A stretch of 64,000 bases of DNA, taken from NCBI GenBank assembly GCA_963677745.1, contig OY782391.1:512001-576000 (forward strand). Reading direction: 5' to 3'. This DNA comes from Candidatus Altimarinota bacterium (GTDB lineage Bacteria > Patescibacteriota > Gracilibacteria > UBA1369). Shown one piece after another: positions 19,338 through 30,005 of the stretch. The notes below the pieces were generated by a model. That model did not search any database. It had not been told where the DNA came from and saw nothing but the letters and a program-made list of their open reading frames with translations. Numbering within the stretch: position 1 is the first letter of the stretch; the number at the start of each line of letters is the position of its first letter. The position numbers and the translations under genes are program-made.

Positions 19338-20504
19338 CTATTTGGCGTCTACAGGCTTTATGTCCGCACCTACGGCCTCCGAAATATTCTTGAATCCGTC
19401 GCGCTGTAAGAGCTCCTCCAGCCCCAGATTAATCTGGCTGATGGCGGACGGCCCGATAAAAATCATACCTGTAATCAGCTGCACCAGATTGGCACCCAGT
19501 CTGATTTTGGCATAGGCATCTTCTGCATTGAAGACACCGCCGACACCTATTATCACTTTTTTACCTCCGGTTTTCTTATAAATATGGGTAATCAGATCAT
19601 CCGACAGATGTTTGACCACTTTCCCGCTGATACCACCCTTTTCCGGCACTTCTTTGTCGACAATTTTGTGATTTCCCCTCTTCTTGGTCAAATTGGTACA
19701 GACAAAACCGTCCACTTTGTGACGTCCACAAACCTCCAGTAACTCATCAATTTCCTTTTTGCTTAAATCGGGTGAGAATTTCAAAAACACCGGTTTTCCC
19801 TGGACATGCAAATGATCCAGATCGCTTAAAAGCAGTTCCAGACTTTCCTTATCCGTGAAAGGTTCACCGCCGAAAGCATTGGGACAACTGATATTCACAG
19901 TAATATAATCAGCGGATTCACGCATCAGTTCATAGGCTTTATGATAGTCGGCAATTCCCGCTTTTCTGTCCACGGTACAACTGGAATTGGTCTTGGCCAC
20001 GCTGACTCCATAAACAAAATGTTTGCCGGTTTTGGTCCGGTGGGCCTTGGCCTTCATTTTTTTCAGATGTTTGGAAAGCACCTCCGCCCCCTCGTTTTTT
20101 AATCCGTAATAAACCACCAGCGACTCGGATCTCTTGAGTCTCCATAAACGCGGCTTGGGATTCCCTTCACATGGTTCTCCGGTCACTGATCCGAATTCGG
20201 CAAAACCGAATCCCAGGTTGGAAAGCACCAGTGGAAGTTCAATATTCTTATCAAAACCGGCTGCCAGACCGACGGGACTGACAAAATCCAATCCGGCCAC
20301 TTTTTGCCGCAACATGGGACTGTGCGAATAAAACATCACCCGCATCAACCACCTTCCCGCTGCAGTTATCCCAAGGATTTTACCGGTCTTGACCATCCGG
20401 TCGTGAATTTTTTCGGGATCCATCAGAAAAAACACCGGCTTCAGTACGTGTTTGTAACTAAAAGAGATAAAAGCATCACGTGCCCGACAAATAATTTTTA
20501 ACAT
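19338..20504 (-). CDS. pyrD: Quinone-dependent dihydroorotate dehydrogenase (class 2)
   Basis: PVGLAAGFDKN, GNPKPRLWRL, VNISCPN, KFSPD, GGISG, IGVGG, VQLITG. Confidence 0.95.
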   Translation of the reverse strand: MLKIICRARDAFISFSYKHVLKPVFFLMDPEKIHDRMVKTGKILGITAAGRWLMRVMFYSHSPMLRQKVAGLDFVSPVGLAAGFDKNIELPLVLSNLGFGFAEFGSVTGEPCEGNPKPRLWRLKRSESLVVYYGLKNEGAEVLSKHLKKMKAKAHRTKTGKHFVYGVSVAKTNSSCTVDRKAGIADYHKAYELMRESADYITVNISCPNAFGGEPFTDKESLELLLSDLDHLHVQGKPVFLKFSPDLSKKEIDELLEVCGRHKVDGFVCTNLTKKRGNHKIVDKEVPEKGGISGKVVKHLSDDLITHIYKKTGGKKVIIGVGGVFNAEDAYAKIRLGANLVQLITGMIFIGPSAISQINLGLEELLQRDGFKNISEAVGADIKPVDAK

Positions 20505-20528
20505 AACCGCAAATAATTATTTTATAAA

Positions 20529-21800
20529 TCAGGAATTTAAAAGTTTCTCAAAACGGCTCTGGTCGTCATAGGGACCAATCACAGCCATTCTCAGCTTGTC
20601 ACGGACCAACAGGTTTTCGGCTACGGCATTCACCTGCCCTATCTTCACCGCTTCAATTTTTGACAAAACCTCACCGGCACCCATCAGTTTATCCTGGAGC
20701 AATTCATATTTTCCAATCAGATGCGAATACTCTTCCGAATCCTCCAGTCGTAAAATGATTTTTCCTTTCAGATAGGATTTGGCTTTCTCCAGTTCGGCCG
20801 CCGTAACACCGTCTTTCCTGGCCGTTTCATACTGCTCGATAATGGAAACTATCGCCCGGTCAATTTTTTCCACGGAAACCCCCGCGTTGGTGGAAAATGT
20901 ACCGGTATCATGGTACTCATCGGTAGTTGTACTGATGTAATAGGCCAAGCCCTGTGCTTCGCGAATATTCAGAAACATTCTGGAACTCATATTGCCTCCC
21001 AAAATTATCGCCAGCAATCTGGCTGCATAGTGCTCGTCCGATCCGTCGGCATATCCCGGGAACCCCATAACCAGATGGGCCTGCTCCGTCTTTTTATTCC
21101 TCAGCAAGAGCCTTTTACCGCCCTGCTGCTCGATGAACCGGTCAAATTTGAGGGATTTTTCCAGCCGATTCTTGGGAAATGCAAACAACTTCTCAATTTT
21201 CTGGGACAATGTTTTCTGATCAAAACTGCCTGCCACAGCAATCACCGTATTATCAGGCGTATAAAGATTGCCCAGATAGTCGAAAAACTGCTGCTGCGTG
21301 ACCGAGTTGATCAGCTCTTTGGTTCCCACCTGATCCCAGCCCAGGGGCTGGTCTCCAAACACCAGTTTTTCAAAATCCCAGCCGATCTGATACATCGGAG
21401 TATCCTGATACATATTATATTCTTCCATGATCACTCCTCTTTCCTTATCTATTTCAACAGGATCAAACCGTGAACTGATCAGCATGTCGGCCAGCACTTC
21501 CAGGGCCGTATCAATCTTTTCGGCCGCCACCTTCACATAATACCCTGCATATTCCTTGCCGGTAAAAGCATTAAAATCTCCTCCCACCGAATCAATCGCA
21601 CCGGAAACCTCCTTGGTATTGCGAAATTTCTTGGCCCCCTTGAAAAACATGTGCTCCAGAAAATGGGAAATACCGTTGGTGGCTTTCGTCTCATAACGCG
21701 AACCGGCGCCCACCAACACCAAAACCGTCACCGAACCGGTATTGGGTAAAGCCTTGGTGACCAAGCGCAAACCACTTCCAAAATTTGTCTTCTTGACCAT
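20529..21800 (-). CDS. M16 (pitrilysin) family zinc peptidase
   Basis: GSRYE, GISHFLEHMFFKG (HxxEH), NAFT, LGGNMSSRMF; start probably ATG 21800. Confidence 0.95.
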   Translation of the reverse strand: MVKKTNFGSGLRLVTKALPNTGSVTVLVLVGAGSRYETKATNGISHFLEHMFFKGAKKFRNTKEVSGAIDSVGGDFNAFTGKEYAGYYVKVAAEKIDTALEVLADMLISSRFDPVEIDKERGVIMEEYNMYQDTPMYQIGWDFEKLVFGDQPLGWDQVGTKELINSVTQQQFFDYLGNLYTPDNTVIAVAGSFDQKTLSQKIEKLFAFPKNRLEKSLKFDRFIEQQGGKRLLLRNKKTEQAHLVMGFPGYADGSDEHYAARLLAIILGGNMSSRMFLNIREAQGLAYYISTTTDEYHDTGTFSTNAGVSVEKIDRAIVSIIEQYETARKDGVTAAELEKAKSYLKGKIILRLEDSEEYSHLIGKYELLQDKLMGAGEVLSKIEAVKIGQVNAVAENLLVRDKLRMAVIGPYDDQSRFEKLLNS

Positions 21801-21903
21801 AATTTTTATACTTCTATAGTACTTAAGCCGGACATTGTGTTGCAATGCCGGAAACGCTAAAATAATATCTCATAATCCACTTTACTCCAAGGTCAAACTA
21901 GCA

Positions 21904-24165
21904 ATGCCTCATCAAAATAAAAGATCGGCACTCAGTCATTTCTTCAGGAAAATCAACCCTGACCGCAACCTGGTCTTCCTGATCATCGTGGCTTTTATAA
22001 TCTTAATCATTTTGGCCAGGCTGTTTTATCTGCAGGTGATCACCCATTCCTATTATGCCGGTATCGCCGCCCGGGAACATTATGGATACAGTGAATTGCC
22101 CGCCCACCGGGGGGAAATCTATATCAAGGACTATGCTTCCGGGGAAAACGTGCGGGTAGCCACCAATTCCACGCTGGACCTGCTGTTTGCCGACCCCTCG
22201 CTGATCAAAAACAAGAAACTGGTGGCCGACCGGATAGTTCCCCTGATCTACAATCTGGATGAAAACCGCAAAATCGACGAAGAAAGGGTCAAAACAGGAA
22301 TCCTCAGAGCAAAAACAGCCGAGGAACTGGAAGCAGTCAAACCCAACAGCGACGACGAGCTTTATCAGAATTTTTACAATGACTTTCTGGAAAAGATCAG
22401 CTCGGACGTCAGACCTGTAATAATCCTCAGCAACGAAATTTCGGCGGCTCAGGGGGAAGCCATCACCAAACTTGCCCAACCGGGCATCGAAGTTACTGCC
22501 GACTTCCAACTGAAAGCCTATCCGCCCAGTATTACCAACATCAAGGCGGTCGCCCAACAACTCGGAGAAATTCTGGAAACCGCTCCCCTGCAACTGGAAA
22601 GTTTATTGAGGGGCCGCAATCGTTACGTGGTACTCAAGAAAAAACTGGCGCCGGAAATTTCGGCAAAAATAAAGGAAATCATCAGTCAGGACGAATCACA
22701 GAATTTTACCGGTCTGGGCCTGAAAGAAGAATACTACCGTTACTATCCCGAAGGAAATCTGGTGGCCAACGTTCTGGGATTTGTCACCCCCGAAGGCGAG
22801 GGCAGTTATGGTATTGAAACCAAATTCAACACGGAATTGAAAGGCGTAAAAGGCGTTTTTCAGACTCAAAAAGATTCAGTGGGAAGATTGATTACCGTCG
22901 GCGACACGCTGATTCAGCCCGCCGAAGACGGTAAAAACATCGTCCTCACCATCGACCGGGCGGTACAAATGGCCGTAGAAGCAAAATTAAAAAGAGCCGT
23001 GCAGGACTACCGGGCTGATTCGGGACAGGTGGTGGTAATGGATCCAAAAACCGGCAGAATTCTGGCCCTGGCTCATTATCCCAGCTTTGACCCCAACGAT
23101 TACGGCACCGTTTACGACCGTGAAGAAATTAAACTGACCGAACAGCAGATTAAAGACCTGGTACCGGTCAAAGATCAGGATAATGTTTTCTGGCTTTACC
23201 GTAATGTGGCCGCCCAGGACCGCCTGATGATTTTCAAAAAAGAACTGGCTGACGGCACCGTGGTTTACGAACACTATAAAAACAATATCGGCCCCGAGGC
23301 CTACCAGAACAAAGTGGTCAGCGAACCTTATGAGCCGGGTTCGGTATTCAAAATCATTACCATGGCCTCCGCCATTGATGACAACGATGTCTCACCTTCC
23401 ACCACCATCAACGACAGCGGAAGCCTCAAAGTCGACGAATATGAAATCAAAAACGTCTCCGCCAAATGTACCGGACGAATCAATATGGCCAAATCGTTTG
23501 CCAACTCCTGTAACACGGGCATGGGTTGGGTAGCCCAGAAAATGGGGCGTAATCTTTTCTACAATTATATGAAACGCTTCGGGTTCGGAGAAAGAACCGA
23601 AATCGAGTTCGACAACGAAAATACCGGTAAAATACCTCACTACAGTCAGTGGGCCGATTCCGAATTGGTCACCCACGGTTTTGGACAGGGTCTGACCGCC
23701 ACCCCCATCCAGATGATCTCAGCCATTTCCGCCATTGCCAACGGCGGAGTCATGATGCAGCCTTTTATCATAGACAGCATCGAAAAATCCCCCAGCCAAT
23801 GGGTAACCACCGAACCGCAGATTCTGGGACAGGTAATTTCGGCAGAAACCGCCAAAACCATGACCGGCTTTATGGTGGGGGCTGTGGAAGACGGCGTCTC
23901 CAGCAATAACCGCATGGACAAATATTACGTTGCCGCCAAAACCGGAACCTCCCAAACCTATAAAAACGGTAAACCTCTCTCCGGAGCAGGTACCACCATT
24001 GCCACTGTTGGCGGTTTCGGACCGATCGACAATCCCCGCTTCGTCATTCTGGCTAAACTGGACCGACCAAGAAGCAGTGAATGGGCCGATAACACCACCA
24101 GTAATCTCTTCAAAGGAGTGGCGGAATTTTTATTTGAATACTATTCTCTCCCCCCCGACAAATAA
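21904..24165 (+). CDS. Class B penicillin-binding protein (FtsI/PBP2-like)
   Basis: N-terminal TM, RG-x-I, RYYP-x-G, EPGSVFK (SxxK), SCN, KTGT. Confidence 0.93.
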   Translation: MPHQNKRSALSHFFRKINPDRNLVFLIIVAFIILIILARLFYLQVITHSYYAGIAAREHYGYSELPAHRGEIYIKDYASGENVRVATNSTLDLLFADPSLIKNKKLVADRIVPLIYNLDENRKIDEERVKTGILRAKTAEELEAVKPNSDDELYQNFYNDFLEKISSDVRPVIILSNEISAAQGEAITKLAQPGIEVTADFQLKAYPPSITNIKAVAQQLGEILETAPLQLESLLRGRNRYVVLKKKLAPEISAKIKEIISQDESQNFTGLGLKEEYYRYYPEGNLVANVLGFVTPEGEGSYGIETKFNTELKGVKGVFQTQKDSVGRLITVGDTLIQPAEDGKNIVLTIDRAVQMAVEAKLKRAVQDYRADSGQVVVMDPKTGRILALAHYPSFDPNDYGTVYDREEIKLTEQQIKDLVPVKDQDNVFWLYRNVAAQDRLMIFKKELADGTVVYEHYKNNIGPEAYQNKVVSEPYEPGSVFKIITMASAIDDNDVSPSTTINDSGSLKVDEYEIKNVSAKCTGRINMAKSFANSCNTGMGWVAQKMGRNLFYNYMKRFGFGERTEIEFDNENTGKIPHYSQWADSELVTHGFGQGLTATPIQMISAISAIANGGVMMQPFIIDSIEKSPSQWVTTEPQILGQVISAETAKTMTGFMVGAVEDGVSSNNRMDKYYVAAKTGTSQTYKNGKPLSGAGTTIATVGGFGPIDNPRFVILAKLDRPRSSEWADNTTSNLFKGVAEFLFEYYSLPPDK

Positions 24166-24168
24166 AAA

Positions 24169-25401
24169 TCATTCATAACGCAGTGCCTCGATCGGATCCA
24201 GTCGGGCCGCTTTTCTGGCCGGATAAAGACCAAAAACGATCCCTGTCACTACAGCCACGGCCACAGAAATCAGTACTGCCTCAACGTTAACGGAAAATTT
24301 CCACATACTCTGGAAGCGAATGATAATCAGCGACAACAAATAGGATGTCCCTATTCCAAAAAACACACCCAGTAAACCTCCCGCCACGGTCAGAGTGACC
24401 GACTCAATCAGAAACTGTAACATTATATCCAGACGCGTCGCACCAACCGCCTTGCGCAGACCTATTTCACGGGTGCGCTGATTAACGGAGACATACATTA
24501 TGTTCATTATGCCGATACCTCCTACAATCAATGAAATAGATGCTATTAAAACAATAAATATGGTCAGGACACTGGAGACGGTAGTAAAGATGCCAACAGC
24601 CTGTGCCTGACTCATAATCGTAAAATCATCTTTGGACAAATCATCCTCCGGATTGTCAATGTTGTGCAAACGGCGGAGAGTATTTCTGGTTTGAATAATT
24701 GCATCATCCATATTGCCGCGGGCACCGGCCATAATTGTCTGCACATAATCAACGCCAAAAAGGTAGGTTCGCATGGTAGTAACCGGAATAAAAACCATGT
24801 CGTCCCAGTTCTCAAAAGCATTACCGCCCTGAGGCTCCAGTATACCGATAACCCGGAAGGAAAGACCTTTTATTTTCACCTCCTGATTCAATGGATCCTG
24901 ATCTCCAAACAGACGGTCGGAAATATTATATCCCAACACAATTACCCTGCTGGCCGCATCAACGTCAAAATCTTCAATAAAACGTCCCCTCTGGGGAAAG
25001 AAATTCATCAGATTTGTGTATCCCTTGCTGGTTCCATGGACCTGCGCTTTTTCATTCTCCTGTTCGTGCACCAGCACGGCGTCATAAACCAGAAACGGAG
25101 TCACATCATTCAGAAAATCGACATCGCGCAGACCGAGATAATCACGATATTTAAGCCGGTCCATCGCAGTAATTACCCCCGTCAGCCCCTCGTCGGGAGA
25201 ACCGGGCATAATATAGATCAGATCCGATCCCAGACTTGTCACAGAACCCAAGATCAGAGACTCGGCTCCCCTGCCCAGCGAAGTCATCAGTACCACGGCC
25301 CCCACGCCGATAATAATCCCCAACATGGTTAAAAAAGACCGGCCACGATTTTCCTTAATCGCCATCCAGGAAACCCCGAAATATTTGAGCAGTCTTTTCA
25401 T
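24169..25401 (-). CDS. MacB-like ABC permease
   Basis: RSFLTMLGIIIGV, GGIGIMNIM, REIGLRKAVGA, PARKAARLDPIEALRYE. Confidence 0.93.
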   Translation of the reverse strand: MKRLLKYFGVSWMAIKENRGRSFLTMLGIIIGVGAVVLMTSLGRGAESLILGSVTSLGSDLIYIMPGSPDEGLTGVITAMDRLKYRDYLGLRDVDFLNDVTPFLVYDAVLVHEQENEKAQVHGTSKGYTNLMNFFPQRGRFIEDFDVDAASRVIVLGYNISDRLFGDQDPLNQEVKIKGLSFRVIGILEPQGGNAFENWDDMVFIPVTTMRTYLFGVDYVQTIMAGARGNMDDAIIQTRNTLRRLHNIDNPEDDLSKDDFTIMSQAQAVGIFTTVSSVLTIFIVLIASISLIVGGIGIMNIMYVSVNQRTREIGLRKAVGATRLDIMLQFLIESVTLTVAGGLLGVFFGIGTSYLLSLIIIRFQSMWKFSVNVEAVLISVAVAVVTGIVFGLYPARKAARLDPIEALRYE

Positions 25402-26633
25402 TATTCGGATCTTAAACATTCAATCGGATCAAGTTTGGACGCGCTTCTGGCCGGATAAATTCCAAACAATATACCCAGCAGCACGGAAACACCAAAAGCC
25501 AGCGCCACGGAATCCCAGGTAACAATAAAACGCCAGTTCTCCTGATACCGCACTAAAACAGCTGCAATCAGACGCGAAGACATAATCCCGCCGGCCACAC
25601 CCAATGCCCCGGCTATCAAAGTTAACATGGCCGACTCAATCAGAAATTGCAGCAATATATCCGAATTGCTGGCTCCCACCGCTTTGCGCAGACCAATTTC
25701 CCTTGTTCTTTCGGACACGGCAGCCAACATAATGTTCATAATGCCTATTCCGCCAACCAGCAAAGAAATTGCGGCAATGGCAACGAGAGAAATTGTTAGC
25801 ACGTCGGAAATTTGTTTGAAAGCGTCAACCGCGTCAACCTGACTGACCACGCGAAAATCATCCTGATCAGGATCATTTTCGGGATTGTAAATAGCATGGC
25901 GTTTACGAATAAAACTCCTCAAATCCGCCATGACCTCCGAGAGATCTCCCTTGGCATTGGCCATAATGGTCATCAAATAATCCACGCCGTACAACTCGTT
26001 TTTCATGGTAGAAACAGGAATCAGACTACGCTCATCAAAATCCTGAAAAAAACGAGTCCCCTGTTCTTCCATCACACCTATTACCTGAAAATGCTTGCCA
26101 TTAATTTTGACGTTTTTGGCAATGGGATCCCTGTCTCCAAAAAGCTGATCGGCATTTTTCGAACCCAGAACTATCACGCGTGAAGAATTGGCCAGGTCTT
26201 CCACACTGATAAACCTTCCCTGCTGCACACCCGTATTGATTGACTTCAAATAACTTTCGTTCGTTCCAATCAAACGAACCTTCTTATTCTCGCTGCCAAA
26301 ATTAATTACGGTAGGATACATCAAAAGCGGTGTAACATCCTCCAGATAATCCAAATTTCTCATCGCCAGATAATCCTTGTATTTAACCTTATCTATTGCA
26401 GTAAACGATGGCGGGCCGTTCTGTGACCCTCCGCCCGGCTGGATAAAGATGCTTCTGTTGCCAAAGCTCTGAACGGAATCCAGAATCAGCGCTTCAGCCC
26501 CCTTCCCCACGGAAACCATCAGGATAACTGAACCAATGCCGATAATAATTCCCAACATCGTCAAAAAAGACCTGGATTTGTTTTCCGTTAACGATGCCAG
26601 GGCAAGCCGGATAAATTTAATTATTCTCTGCAT
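25401..26633 (-). CDS. MacB-like ABC permease (tandem paralog)
   Basis: Same motifs as its neighbour; its stop overlaps the next start. Confidence 0.93.
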   Translation of the reverse strand: MQRIIKFIRLALASLTENKSRSFLTMLGIIIGIGSVILMVSVGKGAEALILDSVQSFGNRSIFIQPGGGSQNGPPSFTAIDKVKYKDYLAMRNLDYLEDVTPLLMYPTVINFGSENKKVRLIGTNESYLKSINTGVQQGRFISVEDLANSSRVIVLGSKNADQLFGDRDPIAKNVKINGKHFQVIGVMEEQGTRFFQDFDERSLIPVSTMKNELYGVDYLMTIMANAKGDLSEVMADLRSFIRKRHAIYNPENDPDQDDFRVVSQVDAVDAFKQISDVLTISLVAIAAISLLVGGIGIMNIMLAAVSERTREIGLRKAVGASNSDILLQFLIESAMLTLIAGALGVAGGIMSSRLIAAVLVRYQENWRFIVTWDSVALAFGVSVLLGILFGIYPARSASKLDPIECLRSE

Positions 26634-26647
26634 GAGCGGACCAGCTG

Positions 26648-27394
26648 TTATTTTTGATAATGTCCGTTTACCCCCAGACGATTAGTCACAAACTCGTGTT
26701 TTTCAATCAAACCGTCACGTATATGTACAATCTTCTCGGCATTCTGGGCAGTCACACTTTCATGCGTCACCAGGATGATCGTGTGACCTTCTTTATTCAG
26801 TTTTTGGAAAATATCCATCACCTGCTTGCCGGAAACGGAATCCAGATTGCCGGTCGGCTCATCGGCAAAAATAACCGAAGGTGAATTAACCAGTGCGCGC
26901 GCAATGGCAGCCCGCTGTTTTTCCCCGCCGGAGAGATTTACGGGTAAATAATTCATGCGGTGTTCCAACCCCACCGACTCAATGGCCCGCATCGCTTTTT
27001 CACGGTGATGGTCGGGACCGCGGGAATAAATCAGAGGCAGCATCACGTTTTCCAGGACAGTGGCATGCGGCAAAAGAAAAAAAGCCTGAAACACAAAACC
27101 GATTCTCTCCCGTCTGACCATCGCCAGATCGTCCTCGCTCAGACTGCTGACATCAATTTTTTCAAAAAAATACTGCCCCTCCGTTGGTTTGTCCAGAAAG
27201 CCCAGGATATGCATAAGAGTGGATTTCCCGGAACCGGAAGGCCCCATGATCGCCAAAAACTCTCCTGGATGTATTTCCAGATCTATACCGTGTAAGACAG
27301 GAGTGGGCGACCCTTCGGAGTAATAAGTCTTCTTCAGTCCCTGCACCGCGATAATATGATGCGACGGGCCAAATTTGCCTTTATTAGCGTCCAT
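26648..27394 (-). CDS. ABC ATP-binding protein (LolD/MacB-like)
   Basis: [26 protein letters not shown]. Confidence 0.95.
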   Translation of the reverse strand: MDANKGKFGPSHHIIAVQGLKKTYYSEGSPTPVLHGIDLEIHPGEFLAIMGPSGSGKSTLMHILGFLDKPTEGQYFFEKIDVSSLSEDDLAMVRRERIGFVFQAFFLLPHATVLENVMLPLIYSRGPDHHREKAMRAIESVGLEHRMNYLPVNLSGGEKQRAAIARALVNSPSVIFADEPTGNLDSVSGKQVMDIFQKLNKEGHTIILVTHESVTAQNAEKIVHIRDGLIEKHEFVTNRLGVNGHYQK

Positions 27395-29411
27395 TGGATG
27401 TCCTTAAAATAATTTCCTGTCCCTCAACTAGACCCTTCTTGATCTCCACGTTCCCCTGTAAATCCCTGATACCGGTTTCCACGTCTATATTCTTTACCTT
27501 TTCGCCCTGCAGAATCCTCACATATTTTCTGGTACCGTCCGTCTGTATTGCTTTTTCCGGGACAGTCACCACTCCCAGTGCTTTCTGCAGTACAATCTCA
27601 ACATTGGCTGTCATACCGGGTTTGATTCTCTCATCCACACTTTCTATAACCACTTCCGTTTTATAGAAAACCACATCCTGAATTATTGTTTCCACGGGAT
27701 CAATCTTAACTATCGTACCGTCAAACGGGAACTCTTCCCCAACCGCATCCAGGGTTATCTTGGCCTTATCACCAACCTTCAGTTTATTGATATCGACCTC
27801 GGCAATTTCCGCATTAATCTTGAATTTCTTGGAAGAGATCATCTCAAAAGCCCCTTGTATGCCGGTAGTCATGGCATTGGAAGACAAAACATCTTCACCA
27901 ACTTCAATATTTTTCCTGGACAAAGTCCCGTCCCAGGGAGCCCTCAACAAGGTTTTTTCCACAGCCTCCTCGGCCAGCGCCACCGCAATCTGATTTGCGG
28001 TTACCTGCGCACGCAGAAAAGCCACGTCCACCGCCCGCGGTCCAACCCGCCTCTGTTGCAAACCTGCCTTGGCGGCATCTATCTCCGCCAGCTGAATCTG
28101 ATATTGTGCCTGAAGGCTGAGAATCTCTGACTGGCGTGCATTCAAGTCCACCTGATGGTCAATTCTGGTTCTCTCCAGATTCTGCAATTGTTGATCGTAA
28201 TAATTTTTGGCCGAAGCCAGCTCGGATTCACGGGCATCCCCGGTCGTAATTTTCCCCAGTTTGGCATCCAGAATAACCTGATACTTATAACTCAGGCCGG
28301 CCAGGCTTGTGGACAAATTATTGCTGTCATTCAAAACTTTGGTTTTAAGTTCGGTTATTTCCGTATCAACCAGAGACGAAGAGGCGGGCAAAACCGACAA
28401 GGCGTCCACCGTCATTTTCTGCGACTGAAGAAGTTTTGCAATAATTGTTTGCTCCTGGATCGCGAATTCTTCCAACTTGGCAGGTTCATAACCGCTTTTT
28501 GACTTCAACTCGGAAAACATCGGCTCAAAAAGTTGTTTTGCCTCGACATAAAGCTGAACGGCCGGATTAACATAAGAATAGTCCAGTCTATTGACATCTG
28601 TACCAAGCAACGAATTGCCGTCATTGACGATTATACTTTTGAGAGTAACAAGGCTTTGCTGAATCTGACTACCCGTCAGATATAACTGGGCTTCCAAATC
28701 CAGACGGGCCGTTTCAATCGCCTGCACTTCGGTATTACCAGTGTTCTGCAGGTTTTTCTGGGCGAATTCATATTTGCTTTTAGCGTCATCAACCATTAAT
28801 TGTGCCGTTTTTTCATCCTGCTCATACTTCTTTTTCATCAATTCCAGTTCTTTTTTGGCATTATCCCAGTCGATAGTAATTTTGTCCGCAGAGGCATCCG
28901 CTTTCTGAACTCCTGTTTCAGCGATACGGATTTCTTCGTTGGTATATCCGGCCAGTCTTTCATTCAGATTGGCCCTGGCTCCCGCCAGGTTTGCCTCGGC
29001 CTGTGAAAGCCTCAGTTCCTGATCCCTGTTGGTCAGACTGGCAATGATGTCACCTTTTTTCAAAATAGCACCCACATCATGAAAGATCTCGCCAACCTGG
29101 CCTGAATCGCGAAACGTCAAATTAATACTGGCGCCAGGTTCCACATTGCCGGTTATTTCCACCGATTCAAAAACATCCTTTTTGGCGGCTTTCACTAATT
29201 CATATTTGACCCCCCCGCTATCTGCAAAAAAAAGCATATAGATACCGCCTAATACGGCCAGAGCCGCCAAACCGAACAACAACCGCCGGGTCCAACGCTT
29301 CTTACCGCTGGACAACCGTTCTTTGGTAAGTTTTTCACCCAATCCTACTGAAACTTCATTTTCTGTTTTTTCTTTTGCCATTTCCTCTTTTGTTTTTAAC
29401 CCAAAAAGCAT
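27384..29411 (-). CDS. MacA-like periplasmic adaptor with a long coiled coil
   Basis: N-terminal TM, LRAPWDG, AEVDI-x-KLKVG, KPGMTANV; start may be 29380. Confidence 0.88.
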   Translation of the reverse strand: MLFGLKTKEEMAKEKTENEVSVGLGEKLTKERLSSGKKRWTRRLLFGLAALAVLGGIYMLFFADSGGVKYELVKAAKKDVFESVEITGNVEPGASINLTFRDSGQVGEIFHDVGAILKKGDIIASLTNRDQELRLSQAEANLAGARANLNERLAGYTNEEIRIAETGVQKADASADKITIDWDNAKKELELMKKKYEQDEKTAQLMVDDAKSKYEFAQKNLQNTGNTEVQAIETARLDLEAQLYLTGSQIQQSLVTLKSIIVNDGNSLLGTDVNRLDYSYVNPAVQLYVEAKQLFEPMFSELKSKSGYEPAKLEEFAIQEQTIIAKLLQSQKMTVDALSVLPASSSLVDTEITELKTKVLNDSNNLSTSLAGLSYKYQVILDAKLGKITTGDARESELASAKNYYDQQLQNLERTRIDHQVDLNARQSEILSLQAQYQIQLAEIDAAKAGLQQRRVGPRAVDVAFLRAQVTANQIAVALAEEAVEKTLLRAPWDGTLSRKNIEVGEDVLSSNAMTTGIQGAFEMISSKKFKINAEIAEVDINKLKVGDKAKITLDAVGEEFPFDGTIVKIDPVETIIQDVVFYKTEVVIESVDERIKPGMTANVEIVLQKALGVVTVPEKAIQTDGTRKYVRILQGEKVKNIDVETGIRDLQGNVEIKKGLVEGQEIILRTSNGR

Positions 29412-29490
29412 AAATTAATCAGCCTGTTTTAGCAACATTTTCTTGTCGCTGAAAAAGTGCTACAATATACAGATATAAACAAAAAACAAT

Positions 29491-29976
29491 ATGGAAACAA
29501 TCCCCCATCAAATGGACCAGGAATTCGGTCTGCATATCTACCAAAATACCGCCAGAATATTTGACCAATATTCGCTCATAATCGGTAAGCTCCCGCCGGG
29601 AACCCTGTCTGTCGACGATCCCAGCAGGGCCATCAGCCGTGTCTACCGGAAAGAACTGGGAAAAAACCGCAAGCAAATCGAATACAATGCCGACATGGCC
29701 TGCGTCACTTTTTTAATTAGAAATTATCGCGACAAAATCACATCCAGCGAAGAACTGAGGGACCTCGGACGCCAAGTAGCAAATCTTGCCCAAGCCGAAC
29801 TGGAAAACGGCGAGGAATTGGCAACTGCAGACCGATCTGCCGTCTTGGAGATCAGCCAGTCAACGGTTAAACAAGCCGGAGAAGCAGCCGGTCCCGTTTC
29901 TGATCCTGCGGCATCAACCGATCGAAAAATTGATGACTGGATAGTTGAACAAATCAATCGGAACCCCGACAATTGA
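29491..29976 (+). CDS. Hypothetical protein
   Basis: 161-aa ORF with an AT-rich leader. Confidence 0.6.
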   Translation: METIPHQMDQEFGLHIYQNTARIFDQYSLIIGKLPPGTLSVDDPSRAISRVYRKELGKNRKQIEYNADMACVTFLIRNYRDKITSSEELRDLGRQVANLAQAELENGEELATADRSAVLEISQSTVKQAGEAAGPVSDPAASTDRKIDDWIVEQINRNPDN

Positions 29977-30005
29977 CTTCCTTCACTTCAAAGAATTTCT
30001 CTTTT